Shown piece after piece: positions 29,951 to 39,932 of a stretch of DNA of 64,000 nt. Source of the stretch: an uncultured Pirellulaceae bacterium (lineage in GTDB: Bacteria > Planctomycetota > Planctomycetia > Pirellulales > Pirellulaceae); contig CALKNI010000005.1 in assembly GCA_938091115.1 (NCBI GenBank), forward strand, positions 289-64,288, given 5' to 3'. The notes under the pieces were generated by a model. That model saw only the letters and a list, made by a program, of their open reading frames with translations. It was not told the DNA's origin and searched no databases. Both the position numbers and the translations under genes were made by a program. The first letter of the stretch is position 1. Each line of letters begins with the position of its first letter.

Positions 29951-31876
29951 TTAAATTATTTCTTTCGCTTCGAGCAGCTCAATTACTTTCGCAATACAGT
30001 CTGCGGGTTTCAATTGAGCTGTATCGAGAACTAGGTCAGCATCTTTGGGTTCCTGATAGTTCACTTTCGATTCAAGAGGCGTATCTTCGGAAGCGGTCTG
30101 TTCAGATTGGTGCCTCTGTTGGCAAACTTTCTCTGGCGCGTTGAGATGCACGACTAAAAATTTCTCGTCGCCAACGACTCCAGCAGCTTTCTTTCGGTCA
30201 TCTTCGTTGGGCGACACAAAGGAAAGTAGACAAATTAAACCGGCGTCGTTCATCAGTGACGCCACTTCCGCAGCTCGGCGAACATTTTCACTTCGATCGT
30301 CTTTGGAAAAATTCAAGTCTCGACTCAAACCAATTCGCATATTTTGACCGTCAACGACCATCGCACTTCGGCCCATGTCGAATAGTTGACGCTCTACCCC
30401 AAAGGCCGTAGTAGATTTTCCAGCTCCAGGCAGACCAGTAAATAAGATCGTCGTCGGTTTTTGGCCGTATCTCGATGCTCGTTCTGCTGGAGTTACGGCG
30501 CTGATTTCTTCAACCAAGGATTCACTAACGGATGCTTTCTCCCAGCTCGCACCTGTATTTTCGCTGGTACGTTGATCAATAATCATCCCAGCGGCCACAG
30601 TTACGTTTGTAATCCGATCGATCACAATAAACGCGCCAGTGCTCTTGTTGGTTCGATAACGATCAAAACAAATAGGCTGGTTTAAAACAACATTCACTCG
30701 CCCAATCTGATTAAGTTCTAAAGTAGGCGCGGGACTGCTGTGCATCGTATTCACATCGATTTGATAACGAAGCGTTGAGAAATTACCGGTTACCATTTTG
30801 GTAGTGTGTTTGAAAATATATTGTCTACCAGGAATCATCGCTGCGTCGGACATCCAAACCAGCATCGCATCAAACTTCTGCTCAAGCTTAGGCAAATTGC
30901 CTGGTTTGACGATCATATCGCCTCGACTCGAATCGATTTCATCATCCAGAGTCAGTGTCACTGACATTGGCGTGGCGGCCTCTTCGAGATTACCGTCGAA
31001 AGTAACGATCTCTTTCACGCGACTGGTTTTTCGTGATGGTAAAGACATCACTTGATCACCAACACGAATGATTCCGGAAGCAATTGTTCCTGCAAAACCG
31101 CGAAAATCGAGGTTGGGCCGAATGACAGATTGGACGGGGAAACGGAAATCTTTGAGATTGCGATCAGAACCGATGTAAACCGTTTCCAGAAAATTCATCA
31201 AGGTTGAGCCATTGTACCAAGGCGTATTTTCACTACGCTCAACAACGTTGTCCCCATTGAGCGCTGAAATTGGAATGAAATGTAAATCATTCGGATCGAG
31301 ACGCTGCGCAAATTCTCGATAGTCATCGCAAATTTCTCGAAAAACTGACTCGCTAAAATCAACGAGATCCATTTTATTGACAGCGACAAGGACATGTTTG
31401 ATACCGAGCAAAGAAGCAATAAAACTATGACGTTTCGTCTGCTCCATAACGCCGTGACCGGGGCGTGCATCTATCAAGATTATCGCGAGATCCGCCGTGG
31501 AAGCGCCAGTTGCCATATTTCGCGTATATTGCACATGGCCCGGAGTGTCAGCAATGATAAATTTACGTTTCGCCGTTGAAAAATAACGATAGGCAACATC
31601 AATCGTGATGCCCTGTTCTTTTTCTTCCTTCAGGCCGTCGGTTAACATCGCTGGATCAAAACCGCCGCCCGTTGTTCCATGCACCGCCGAGTCTTTCTCT
31701 AATTTGGCGAGCGTATCTTCGTAAATCATCTTTGAGTCGTAAAGCAACCGCCCGATCAGCGTGCTTTTACCATCATCGACGCTTCCGCACGTCAGAAAAC
31801 GGAGCAGTTCTTTTTTCTCGTGCTGGTCGAGATAGGCATTAATATCGCTGGAAATTAAATCGTCTTGATGAGACAT
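29951..31876 (-). CDS. cysNC: Sulfate adenylyltransferase GTPase subunit fused to a (degenerate) APS-kinase domain
   Basis: [30 protein letters not shown]; C-terminal [19 protein letters not shown]. Confidence 0.93.
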   Translation of the reverse strand: MSHQDDLISSDINAYLDQHEKKELLRFLTCGSVDDGKSTLIGRLLYDSKMIYEDTLAKLEKDSAVHGTTGGGFDPAMLTDGLKEEKEQGITIDVAYRYFSTAKRKFIIADTPGHVQYTRNMATGASTADLAIILIDARPGHGVMEQTKRHSFIASLLGIKHVLVAVNKMDLVDFSESVFREICDDYREFAQRLDPNDLHFIPISALNGDNVVERSENTPWYNGSTLMNFLETVYIGSDRNLKDFRFPVQSVIRPNLDFRGFAGTIASGIIRVGDQVMSLPSRKTSRVKEIVTFDGNLEEAATPMSVTLTLDDEIDSSRGDMIVKPGNLPKLEQKFDAMLVWMSDAAMIPGRQYIFKHTTKMVTGNFSTLRYQIDVNTMHSSPAPTLELNQIGRVNVVLNQPICFDRYRTNKSTGAFIVIDRITNVTVAAGMIIDQRTSENTGASWEKASVSESLVEEISAVTPAERASRYGQKPTTILFTGLPGAGKSTTAFGVERQLFDMGRSAMVVDGQNMRIGLSRDLNFSKDDRSENVRRAAEVASLMNDAGLICLLSFVSPNEDDRKKAAGVVGDEKFLVVHLNAPEKVCQQRHQSEQTASEDTPLESKVNYQEPKDADLVLDTAQLKPADCIAKVIELLEAKEII

Positions 31877-31953
31877 TGTTTTGAATGCAGATTCTAATGG
31901 TGGAAAAATACGCTACTTAGTCAACTTCAGCTCATACCTTGGCAAGGAATAGA

Positions 31954-32862
31954 TTAGAAATAACCCTTTTCTTTTTTGTCTTGCATGGATCCTTCATCAT
32001 CATTATCGATCACTCGCCCATTTCGCTCGGAAGTCGTCGCGAGCAACATCTCTTGAATGATTTCCGGGAGTGTCGTTGCGGGCGCCTCGACAGCGCCTGT
32101 CAATGGGTAACAGCCGAGCGTTCGAAATCGAATTGTCTTTTCAACTGGAACTTCGCCAGGCAATAATTCGAGCCGGTCATCATCGAGCATGATCAAAACT
32201 CCATCCCGCTCAATGGTCGGTCGCTTTGCCGCAAAATAGAGCGGCACAATCGGAATTTTTTCTAAGTGAATGTACTGCCAGACATCTAATTCCGTCCAAT
32301 TAGAAATTGGAAAAACCCGAATGCTTTCACCTTTGTTTACTTTGGCATTATAAAGATTCCATAGTTCAGGCCGTTGATTCTTTGGATCCCACTGGTGGGA
32401 CGCACTTCGGAATGAATAAACACGCTCCTTAGCGCGAGATTTTTCTTCGTCCCGCCGAGCTCCACCAAACGCAGCATCAAATTTATATTTATTAAGCGCT
32501 TGAATTAACCCATCTGTTTTCATGACTTCCGTGTGCTTTCCGCTGGAAACCATCGGGTCAAGATTTAAAGCTCGACCCTCTTCATTGATGTGCGTGATGA
32601 CATCTAATCCAAGTTCCTTAATCGCATAATCCTCTTTAAACTTATACATGTCCTGGAATTTCCAGCAAGTGTCGACATGCATCAGCGGGAACGGAGGCTT
32701 TGCGGGATAGAACGCCTTGAGCGCGAGGTGCACCATTACCGACGAGTCTTTTCCGATCGAATACAGCATGACTGGATTGTCAAACTCAGCGGCAACTTCG
32801 CGGATGATGTGGATGCTTTCAGCTTCCAACTGTTTCAGGTGCGTTAATTGATAGGAAGACAA
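31954..32862 (-). CDS. cysD: Sulfate adenylyltransferase subunit 2
   Basis: [32 protein letters not shown]; TTG start. Confidence 0.96.
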   Translation of the reverse strand: MSSYQLTHLKQLEAESIHIIREVAAEFDNPVMLYSIGKDSSVMVHLALKAFYPAKPPFPLMHVDTCWKFQDMYKFKEDYAIKELGLDVITHINEEGRALNLDPMVSSGKHTEVMKTDGLIQALNKYKFDAAFGGARRDEEKSRAKERVYSFRSASHQWDPKNQRPELWNLYNAKVNKGESIRVFPISNWTELDVWQYIHLEKIPIVPLYFAAKRPTIERDGVLIMLDDDRLELLPGEVPVEKTIRFRTLGCYPLTGAVEAPATTLPEIIQEMLLATTSERNGRVIDNDDEGSMQDKKEKGYF

Positions 32863-33250
32863 TGGAGACTCACTCTAATTCTTAAAAACGACGGAACTCG
32901 GGAGAAACCATAATAGATAGGAGCGTCAGAGGCTACAATGCAGATATAAGCCGGTTATTACCGCCCCAAATCAGCCATAGAGGTGGAGATACGCGCTGTT
33001 AGCGGAGCTCAAGGACTTAGCCCGCTTCGCAAGGAGCACCGCTCCAGGTTCACTCACTCTTCGAAGATGATCAACCATGTTTCGTTTCTAAGAGGATTCC
33101 GCAGATAAATAGTCACTGAATGGCTCGTTCAAGAAAATTCTGGCTCGACAATCCATCATAAGCACAAGTCGCTCTCGGCAATCGCTTCGATCAAGAACTT
33201 TCTTAATACTATCTAACAAGCTTACTCTTTGGCAATTCGAATAACTCCGC

Positions 33251-34306
33251 TTAGGAGATACTAATCGCCGTTCGTTTTTCTCCGATCAGAGTAATTAATT
33301 CTTGCTGGGGCTTCGCAAACTTTGAAATGCCCTCCCGCATTAGCGCTTGCTCTAGTTGAACAAAATCGACATTCGTTTCAATATCTTGATGAACCGACTT
33401 TGGTGTTGACGAATCAATCTGCCGGGTAAACTCAACATCGCTATCAGCAATCGCATCATTAGTAGAGGGTGGGTTTGTCTGAATATCACTTCCCGCCAAA
33501 GCCGCAACGTATTTCCATTTTGGGTCTTCCGGCTTTTTCGTTCCTGTGCTCGCAAAAATCATCTCTTGCTGGAGCGGGCAACTTTTTCCGGACCAAAATT
33601 TTTGATTGGACGCCCAAATGTTTTTGGCGTTTACAATCCCAACCTGTCCCTGCGTCTCTTCGTGCAAATCTGGCAACTGTTGCTCGGTATACACATCAAT
33701 TCGAGAAACAAAGATACTATAAACGCTTTTAAAATGATCCAGTGATTTACGTCGCTGTGCACCGCGCCAACAAGCCTCACGCGCCGCCTCGTACTGTCGA
33801 GCGGTAAATATCAAAGTAACATTCAAGCTCGCTCCCGCCGCCACCAAATCTTCCAACGCATCAATGCCCGCGGGAGTTGCCGGCACCTTGATCATCCGAT
33901 TGGGATGCCCCGCCGACCATTTTTTACCTAACTCGAGGTAGCGAGCAACGCGATCATCGTGCGGTAAATTTAGGTCAGTATCTTCGATTAGTGGGTCTAA
34001 TTCAAAACTAACATAGCCATCGTTGCCCTGAGTTTCAGACCACACCTTTTCAAAAACCATCTGGGCATCTTTCACCAATTGGTTCGTGATCTGCCATGCA
34101 ATTTCATTGTCACTTGCACCAGTCTTCATAACCGCGTTTATTTCTGAATCAAATCGACCCGTCTTGATTAAATTAGAAACGATAATCGGATTAGAGGTTG
34201 CGCCTGTCGCTCCTAGTTTACGGCTGGCTCGTACTAAATCTGGGTCAATGCTATCTAGCCAAAGCTTTGTCCCACAGTTGATTAGCGACGTTAATGAATC
34301 CGACAT
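33251..34306 (-). CDS. tal: Transaldolase family protein
   Basis: LWLDS, GATSNP, MIKVPAT (Schiff-base Lys), NVTLIF, SIFVSRID, ASTGTK. Confidence 0.9.
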   Translation of the reverse strand: MSDSLTSLINCGTKLWLDSIDPDLVRASRKLGATGATSNPIIVSNLIKTGRFDSEINAVMKTGASDNEIAWQITNQLVKDAQMVFEKVWSETQGNDGYVSFELDPLIEDTDLNLPHDDRVARYLELGKKWSAGHPNRMIKVPATPAGIDALEDLVAAGASLNVTLIFTARQYEAAREACWRGAQRRKSLDHFKSVYSIFVSRIDVYTEQQLPDLHEETQGQVGIVNAKNIWASNQKFWSGKSCPLQQEMIFASTGTKKPEDPKWKYVAALAGSDIQTNPPSTNDAIADSDVEFTRQIDSSTPKSVHQDIETNVDFVQLEQALMREGISKFAKPQQELITLIGEKRTAISIS

Positions 34307-34588
34307 AATTTATCCCCGTGTTAGGCTGACTTCATCTTCTAAGTCGAAACTACTTTTCAAAGAAAGCTAATTTGAATCGCCACATGGGGCAGCTTTGGAA
34401 ATGGGCTAATTATTGACGTCTGAAAAACAGCGCTTAAAAACACGTAGGATAAAGGGATTTCACAAACGAATAAAGTTGTCGTTCCCCAATTCGACGATAA
34501 CGACATCCTCGATATGAAACGTTTGCAGTGAACCATTAAAGATGATTCAGCATCTCATACACAATTGGTCAACGCACCCGGCTGTTAA

Positions 34589-35482
34589 TTATAAAAATTT
34601 CGCCAACTCCGCTGCGATAGGAATGGACACATGCTCGCCTTGAAGTTCTGAATCACCGACCTCCGAGTTCTCAATTGCTGAGCTCTTCAAATCTCTCGTC
34701 GGGCCAGCCACTAAAAAACTGGCTACCGCCATGTGAGCATCCTCCTCACGCGGAAAGTCGTGTAAATAGGCTTGATCAACATCCCAAGCTTTCATCGCCA
34801 AGAATTCTGCCGTTTTCCGGAATACATCGCGTGCCGAACGACTAGATGAAGCGACAGTCACCCTCGACGCCTTCCCGCCTCCAACCGAGATCCATCGAAC
34901 CGCGGTGTCTTTAGTCCGCTGTGAATCTAGGCAGACAAGGAACTGATCGGCAACATCACTTGGAGAACTTAGAATTCTATTGCCGGGATGGTATTGCGAA
35001 ACAAAGTCACGCACTTGATCGATCGGTGCGCCAACTTTGTTAACGACTGCTTCAATCGTGGATTCTAAATCGACCCACTCTACTGGGGCAACCAGCTCAG
35101 ATTTCTCAATTGGCTTGAACTCAAACAAGTCGATGATGAAATCGTGGTCAGTTGAGGTAAAAATTTTGGCACCAATTAACTCTTGGTCTGCTGGAATTCG
35201 TTTGAGCAAATTAGCAAGTAAGCCGGGGTAGTTTTTACGTGCAACCACTGCGATCTGTTGGCCGTCATCGCTTCGCAACATGATTTCTTCAGAAAGATTA
35301 CATACGCCCATTGCGAGCAACGCCTTTAATTGGCGAAGTTGGTCATCACGCGATAGCATTTTGAAATAATCCTCTGGCAAGCCCCGCACAATCCTTGCAA
35401 TTACATCGTCGAGTTCAAAGTCGATATCGGCACGCAAGTCTTCGACAATTTCATGGGCTCGCTGTTCAATTTCGGCTGACAT
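34589..35482 (-). CDS. Hypothetical protein with GlnD-like ACT regulatory domain(s)
   Basis: LPEDYF...IAVVARKNYPGLLANL...AKIFTSTDHDFIIDLF resembles the GlnD ACT signature; no catalytic domain seen. Confidence 0.55.
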   Translation of the reverse strand: MSAEIEQRAHEIVEDLRADIDFELDDVIARIVRGLPEDYFKMLSRDDQLRQLKALLAMGVCNLSEEIMLRSDDGQQIAVVARKNYPGLLANLLKRIPADQELIGAKIFTSTDHDFIIDLFEFKPIEKSELVAPVEWVDLESTIEAVVNKVGAPIDQVRDFVSQYHPGNRILSSPSDVADQFLVCLDSQRTKDTAVRWISVGGGKASRVTVASSSRSARDVFRKTAEFLAMKAWDVDQAYLHDFPREEDAHMAVASFLVAGPTRDLKSSAIENSEVGDSELQGEHVSIPIAAELAKFL

Positions 35483-35813
35483 TTTGTTTGTTATTGGCTC
35501 CGAGTTTCAAAAATCACAATTGTTTATTGTCACTATTTATCGAATTCCTAACAGCAGGCAATCTCTCTAATGCTAGAAAACCAGGGAAAACCGTTGCTAT
35601 CTAAACATAACTGACCAGACAAATTCAACGAACTGTTCAGCTTTACAAGCGTAGTGTTTATTTGTACACTATTGTGGAGTGAGGGCTAAAAGAGCGGCCT
35701 TTCCGCCCTTAACTGTACGCCAATGGTGCCTGAAAGGATTTCGCGGCACAGATTAATGTTCAAGATGTCGGATTATTGATTACCGACAATCAAACTTTTG
35801 AAAGGAGTCTGAT

Positions 35814-36659
35814 ATGTTAATTCTTTCGCGACGCGAAGCAGAAAAAGTTCTTTTTCCCGGTCTTGGAATTTCAGTTGAAATCACAAGAGTCCAAGGGCGA
35901 TCGGTTCGGCTTGGAATCCAAGCACCTGATGAAGTTCGAATCATTCGTGGCGAACTCGAAGCCACCGCAAACCTCACCCCACGAAAACGACAAAGAAGAA
36001 AATCAAAATTCTCGGCTGAGCCTTCGCCCGCAATTCAAAAGTGCCTTGACGCTGCCAACCTTGCTATTCATCTCGCGCGGAATCAACTTCGCCAAAACTT
36101 GAACGAAAAAGTAGAAGACGCGCTTAATCATGCCTTGGAGTGTTTGGAAACCCTTCAAGCTGTTTCTGTAACAACCGAAGACGCTAGTTTATCTTCGGCA
36201 TCAGTCAACGAAGTGCAATCTGACTACAAGTTAAATCGAAAAAAAGTGGCGATTGTAGTCAATGACTTTAATAACTCAGCCGAGAATTTGATTGATCAAC
36301 TCTCGTCTCTCGGCTATCAAACCACACACTTTAACAAGGGTGAATCGCTCATTGAGTTTTTGCAATCATGCGAACAGCCCAATTTGATTTTATTACTTTC
36401 TCCTGTCCAGTTAACGGGAATCACAACGACGCAAAAGATAGATCCGCTCAAATTGCAAACGGCACTCAACATCTCAACAAACGAGTCGATACCTGAACCA
36501 GTGGCGGCAAACCAAAAAATCGAACAATCGAGTCTTAGGATGTTCGGCGTCGGCAGTTTACAACGGTCGACTCGAACCTACGTCATGCAAGATATTGAAA
36601 TAACCAGTTGGTTCGCCGAGACGACTGACGAGTCCGCAGCAGAAAGCTGTTTTACCTAA
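35814..36659 (+). CDS. CsrA-domain protein fused to a degenerate receiver-like domain
   Basis: MLILSRREAEKV...VRLGIQAPDEVRIIRGEL is a CsrA domain; AAAGGAG SD upstream; later VAIVVND...GYQT...PNLILL is receiver-like. Confidence 0.82.
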   Translation: MLILSRREAEKVLFPGLGISVEITRVQGRSVRLGIQAPDEVRIIRGELEATANLTPRKRQRRKSKFSAEPSPAIQKCLDAANLAIHLARNQLRQNLNEKVEDALNHALECLETLQAVSVTTEDASLSSASVNEVQSDYKLNRKKVAIVVNDFNNSAENLIDQLSSLGYQTTHFNKGESLIEFLQSCEQPNLILLLSPVQLTGITTTQKIDPLKLQTALNISTNESIPEPVAANQKIEQSSLRMFGVGSLQRSTRTYVMQDIEITSWFAETTDESAAESCFT

Positions 36660-36670
36660 AAAGCGAGGGA

Positions 36671-37780
36671 TCAGTGCTGTTCGCTAGACTCGCTCTTAGC
36701 GACACGGCCTGTTTGCTGCGTTTCACTGTTGGACGGGGAAGTTGTTTGGCCTTCAAAAACAGAAAACTCGGCCCAGACTGGAATGTGCTTAGACACTTGC
36801 GAAGCCACTTCGAGTGGTAAATTGTATTTCTGAACAAAATCAAACACACCACCTCGACCGGTGAACTCAACGGTCGCAACTTCGTTAAAAACTAAATTAT
36901 CAAATTGAGTCGTATTGAAATAATTAGTCCCCCGATCCGAAACAACCCAAGTTAACCCTGCTCGCTTTCGCATTGGCTGAAGCTCGGAATCTCCGCCGCT
37001 GAAATCACCAATAATTAACACATCATCCTCACCCCGCCCATCATTTCGAATGGCACGAAACAATTCGATCAATCCGGTGAGTTCTCGCTGCGGTTGAAGG
37101 TGTCCAAGTTTTACATTGACCAGCGAAAATGTAAACGCTTCGTCATCGACCGGCCCTCGCGTCTTAAAACAGGTCACCAACGGTTTGTGACTAAGCAATT
37201 CATCTGGGTCATCAACCGCGTACCATTGCGTTTGATTCAGGATTAACGTTCTCTGGTTAAAAATAACCGCCGAAGAGAGACGGGCTCCATCCCCACGAGA
37301 TGGATCTGAAGCTGAAAAATCAGAGACGTAAGTATAGTCTGGAACTTGAGTTTCGATCTGAGGAAAAATCTTGCTCCGACGCTCCGCATTATTCATGTGT
37401 AATACAACACGATCAAGCCAACCATTATCTTCAGCATTAATGTCTTGAATTGCTACCGCATCGTAATGAGAGCAAATGTCAGCCAATAATTCTAATTCAG
37501 AAACGGTTTGACTACCCTTTATTTCATCATTGACTTTAACAGACGCAATTCTGATAACGTTGGCGACATACTTGGGTGACGGGTCTACCTCTGTTATCAA
37601 CTCGACCGATTCATCTGAGACTCCATCTAACCCGTATCCTACTTGGGATGTTAGAAATTGCTCCTGGACTAAACCTAAAATATCTGCAGGTTCACGAATT
37701 CTGTCACGATGAAATAGAACCCATATCCCGCCTATAACGACACTTGCCAGTAATAGTGTTTTTAAAAATCGGGAATTCAT
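36671..37780 (-). CDS. Membrane-anchored endonuclease/exonuclease/phosphatase (DNase I-like) fold protein, probably inactive
   Basis: IRIAS, YDAVAIQD, GRGEDDVLIIGDF, FDNLVF, SKHIPVWAEF; N-terminal TM. Confidence 0.78.
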   Translation of the reverse strand: MNSRFLKTLLLASVVIGGIWVLFHRDRIREPADILGLVQEQFLTSQVGYGLDGVSDESVELITEVDPSPKYVANVIRIASVKVNDEIKGSQTVSELELLADICSHYDAVAIQDINAEDNGWLDRVVLHMNNAERRSKIFPQIETQVPDYTYVSDFSASDPSRGDGARLSSAVIFNQRTLILNQTQWYAVDDPDELLSHKPLVTCFKTRGPVDDEAFTFSLVNVKLGHLQPQRELTGLIELFRAIRNDGRGEDDVLIIGDFSGGDSELQPMRKRAGLTWVVSDRGTNYFNTTQFDNLVFNEVATVEFTGRGGVFDFVQKYNLPLEVASQVSKHIPVWAEFSVFEGQTTSPSNSETQQTGRVAKSESSEQH

Positions 37781-38063
37781 AGCGCCGGTAGTCGATTTGG
37801 GGTTCGCTTTTTGGAAAACCTGAAAGGTCCTCGTCTCGCCTTAATGAGTTTCTTCACCTGTAATCGGTAATAAGCCAAACTAACCTAGAGCGATTCTTGT
37901 TCTGTTCACTTTTTGGCGTGAATACCGATTGTCGCAAGACAATGGAGGCTGAGCTCGACAGATTTGGCAGTGCCAATCAATTTATTCGGACTAACCAGAC
38001 CGCCCGCGGGGAGGACCAAATCTTTGGTGGAACGCATCGGCATTAAAGTAATCAAACAATTAT

Positions 38064-39605
38064 TTAAGCAGATGGTAAAAGATCTTCGGCCGTTTCTTTT
38101 TGCCGGCGCCGAATTTCACCAACCTCTATTTGGGCAGTTCGGCCATCAAGATTTGGCCGGAAGACGATTAGCAATACCATTGGTAGGTACCAAGCCATGT
38201 AAACACCTCCGGAGAATCCGTGCCAATATTGGACTGCCAACATTACCGCTGCACTGTAACCCACCAAAATTCCAATGTTCTTTTGCGATGGCCACGCCAC
38301 AAACGAAACGCAAAACAGAATGAACGCGACGAGCAATGGTAGTCTCCACCAATTACTCCAACCTAAGGCCCAAATCCCCTGGAGCCCCTCCATTCGAGGA
38401 GACCAAAAACCAAACATCACTTGGAGCTGTCCCCAAAATGCCATGAGCGTGGTTGAGGTGAACAGCAAAACGCCAATGCAAACCAGGATTGCAATTAATG
38501 AGCCAACAATAAACCTCCAGCGACCACGCTCCCAATAAAAACTGATCCAAAGTGGCAATAGAAATATTGGATAATACGAAACGCTGGTTGCTAATCCAAA
38601 CAAAATTCCCGCAATCCACGGTCGCCGAAAACTAACAATCGCCCACAAAATCAGGGCCGCAGGCAGAACATGCAGTACATAGCCGGTGTACATGGAAGTG
38701 TAGGGGAGCATCAAATAAATTGTCGATATCCCTACCCCGACTTTAAAGTTGTTGTAGTTAAAATAACAGAAAAGAACGAGACCTAAAACAATCAACACCT
38801 GGCTCGCAATCGCCAATGATTTTGCAGCGATAATGTACCGGGACATATCAGTCAATTCCTGTGTGTCTGGATTCGTTTTTAGAATCGCATCTCCACTTTC
38901 AAACGATGGGATGATCGGGAATAAATTGAAGAGTGTGTAACCCGGGCCCCTCCGCTTTAACTGATCTTTCTCGTCTGCATCGACAGCCTTTCGTTGCAAT
39001 AATTTCACCGCATTTCGAGACCCGCTAAGATCTTCATTGGTCGGCTCTGAAATCGCAATATTGGCAAACAAAAACATCATCAAACTAAATCCGAAAAAAG
39101 CCATCCCACCGATTCCCAGGTTGGGCTCCAATTGCGGTCGCCGTGTCAGGCCGGGGTCGATCAACATACGGATCAAAAGTAATCCGCCAATTGAAAATAG
39201 CCAGTAATAACCAAGTCGCTGCCAAACCACTCCCTTGCTATCGAGATTCAGTTCCTTCTCGTCGGCATCCTTCCGGTCCCCTTGAGGCTCGTCTTGTGCT
39301 TGGGAGTCGTCTATTTTCGACTCCGGATCAAGTGATGGTTGCGAGCCAGCGGGTGGAATATTCTCTTCTGTCGATTCAGCTAATTGTACTTCTGAAACCG
39401 CAACCGACTTATTCTGTGCCTCCCACTGACGACCGCCCTCGATCAACAGTAAACCGGGCGCCAACAAGATGATTAGGCAAAGGTCAAAATTTCGAACACT
39501 CCAGAAGCGATTAAACTTGAAAAATAGCGCAAGCATTAAGAGCGACGAAAGGTATGCCCACGTCGACGGTGCTACTCTGACATAGATGAATGGAAAGGTA
39601 TCCAT
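38064..39605 (-). CDS. Polytopic membrane protein, GT-C/GT87-like
   Basis: About 12 TM segments; GILFGLATSVSYYPIFLLPLW and YMAWYLP resemble GT87-like motifs; acidic soluble loop. Confidence 0.5.
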   Translation of the reverse strand: MDTFPFIYVRVAPSTWAYLSSLLMLALFFKFNRFWSVRNFDLCLIILLAPGLLLIEGGRQWEAQNKSVAVSEVQLAESTEENIPPAGSQPSLDPESKIDDSQAQDEPQGDRKDADEKELNLDSKGVVWQRLGYYWLFSIGGLLLIRMLIDPGLTRRPQLEPNLGIGGMAFFGFSLMMFLFANIAISEPTNEDLSGSRNAVKLLQRKAVDADEKDQLKRRGPGYTLFNLFPIIPSFESGDAILKTNPDTQELTDMSRYIIAAKSLAIASQVLIVLGLVLFCYFNYNNFKVGVGISTIYLMLPYTSMYTGYVLHVLPAALILWAIVSFRRPWIAGILFGLATSVSYYPIFLLPLWISFYWERGRWRFIVGSLIAILVCIGVLLFTSTTLMAFWGQLQVMFGFWSPRMEGLQGIWALGWSNWWRLPLLVAFILFCVSFVAWPSQKNIGILVGYSAAVMLAVQYWHGFSGGVYMAWYLPMVLLIVFRPNLDGRTAQIEVGEIRRRQKETAEDLLPSA

Positions 39606-39932
39606 CAGCTCGTAAATTTTCCCGAATCAATTATCTCGTTTCCCGAATGGCAATCCTGCTGTTTCCAATCACTGAAAACAGAGGAACCCTTGAGTTTGAT
39701 TAGTGTAACCCGTTCCAATCCATGCACAATGATCAAAACAAAGCCCGACTCATCCAACTATCATCCCGTACCAGCCTAACTAAGTCACCTCAAATCGCCA
39801 ATCAATCGGATTAAATTCCATAAGAGAAAGCGTTGGTTTTTTGATTTCCGCGCAGATCTCTTTAGCGATTGTGAATCTAAAGCCACGGGCACACCCTGTC
39901 GATGAACCAATTTCCACTCCGCCAAAATAAAT

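Noticed and set aside
29951-32862. cysD-cysNC as PAPS supply for sulfating the EPS
   Set aside because: Separated from the locus, no sulfotransferase in the cluster, and the APS-kinase domain looks degenerate
32863-33250. SAM or other riboswitch upstream of cysD
   Set aside because: No SAM-I/II core motifs recognised on the coding (minus) strand
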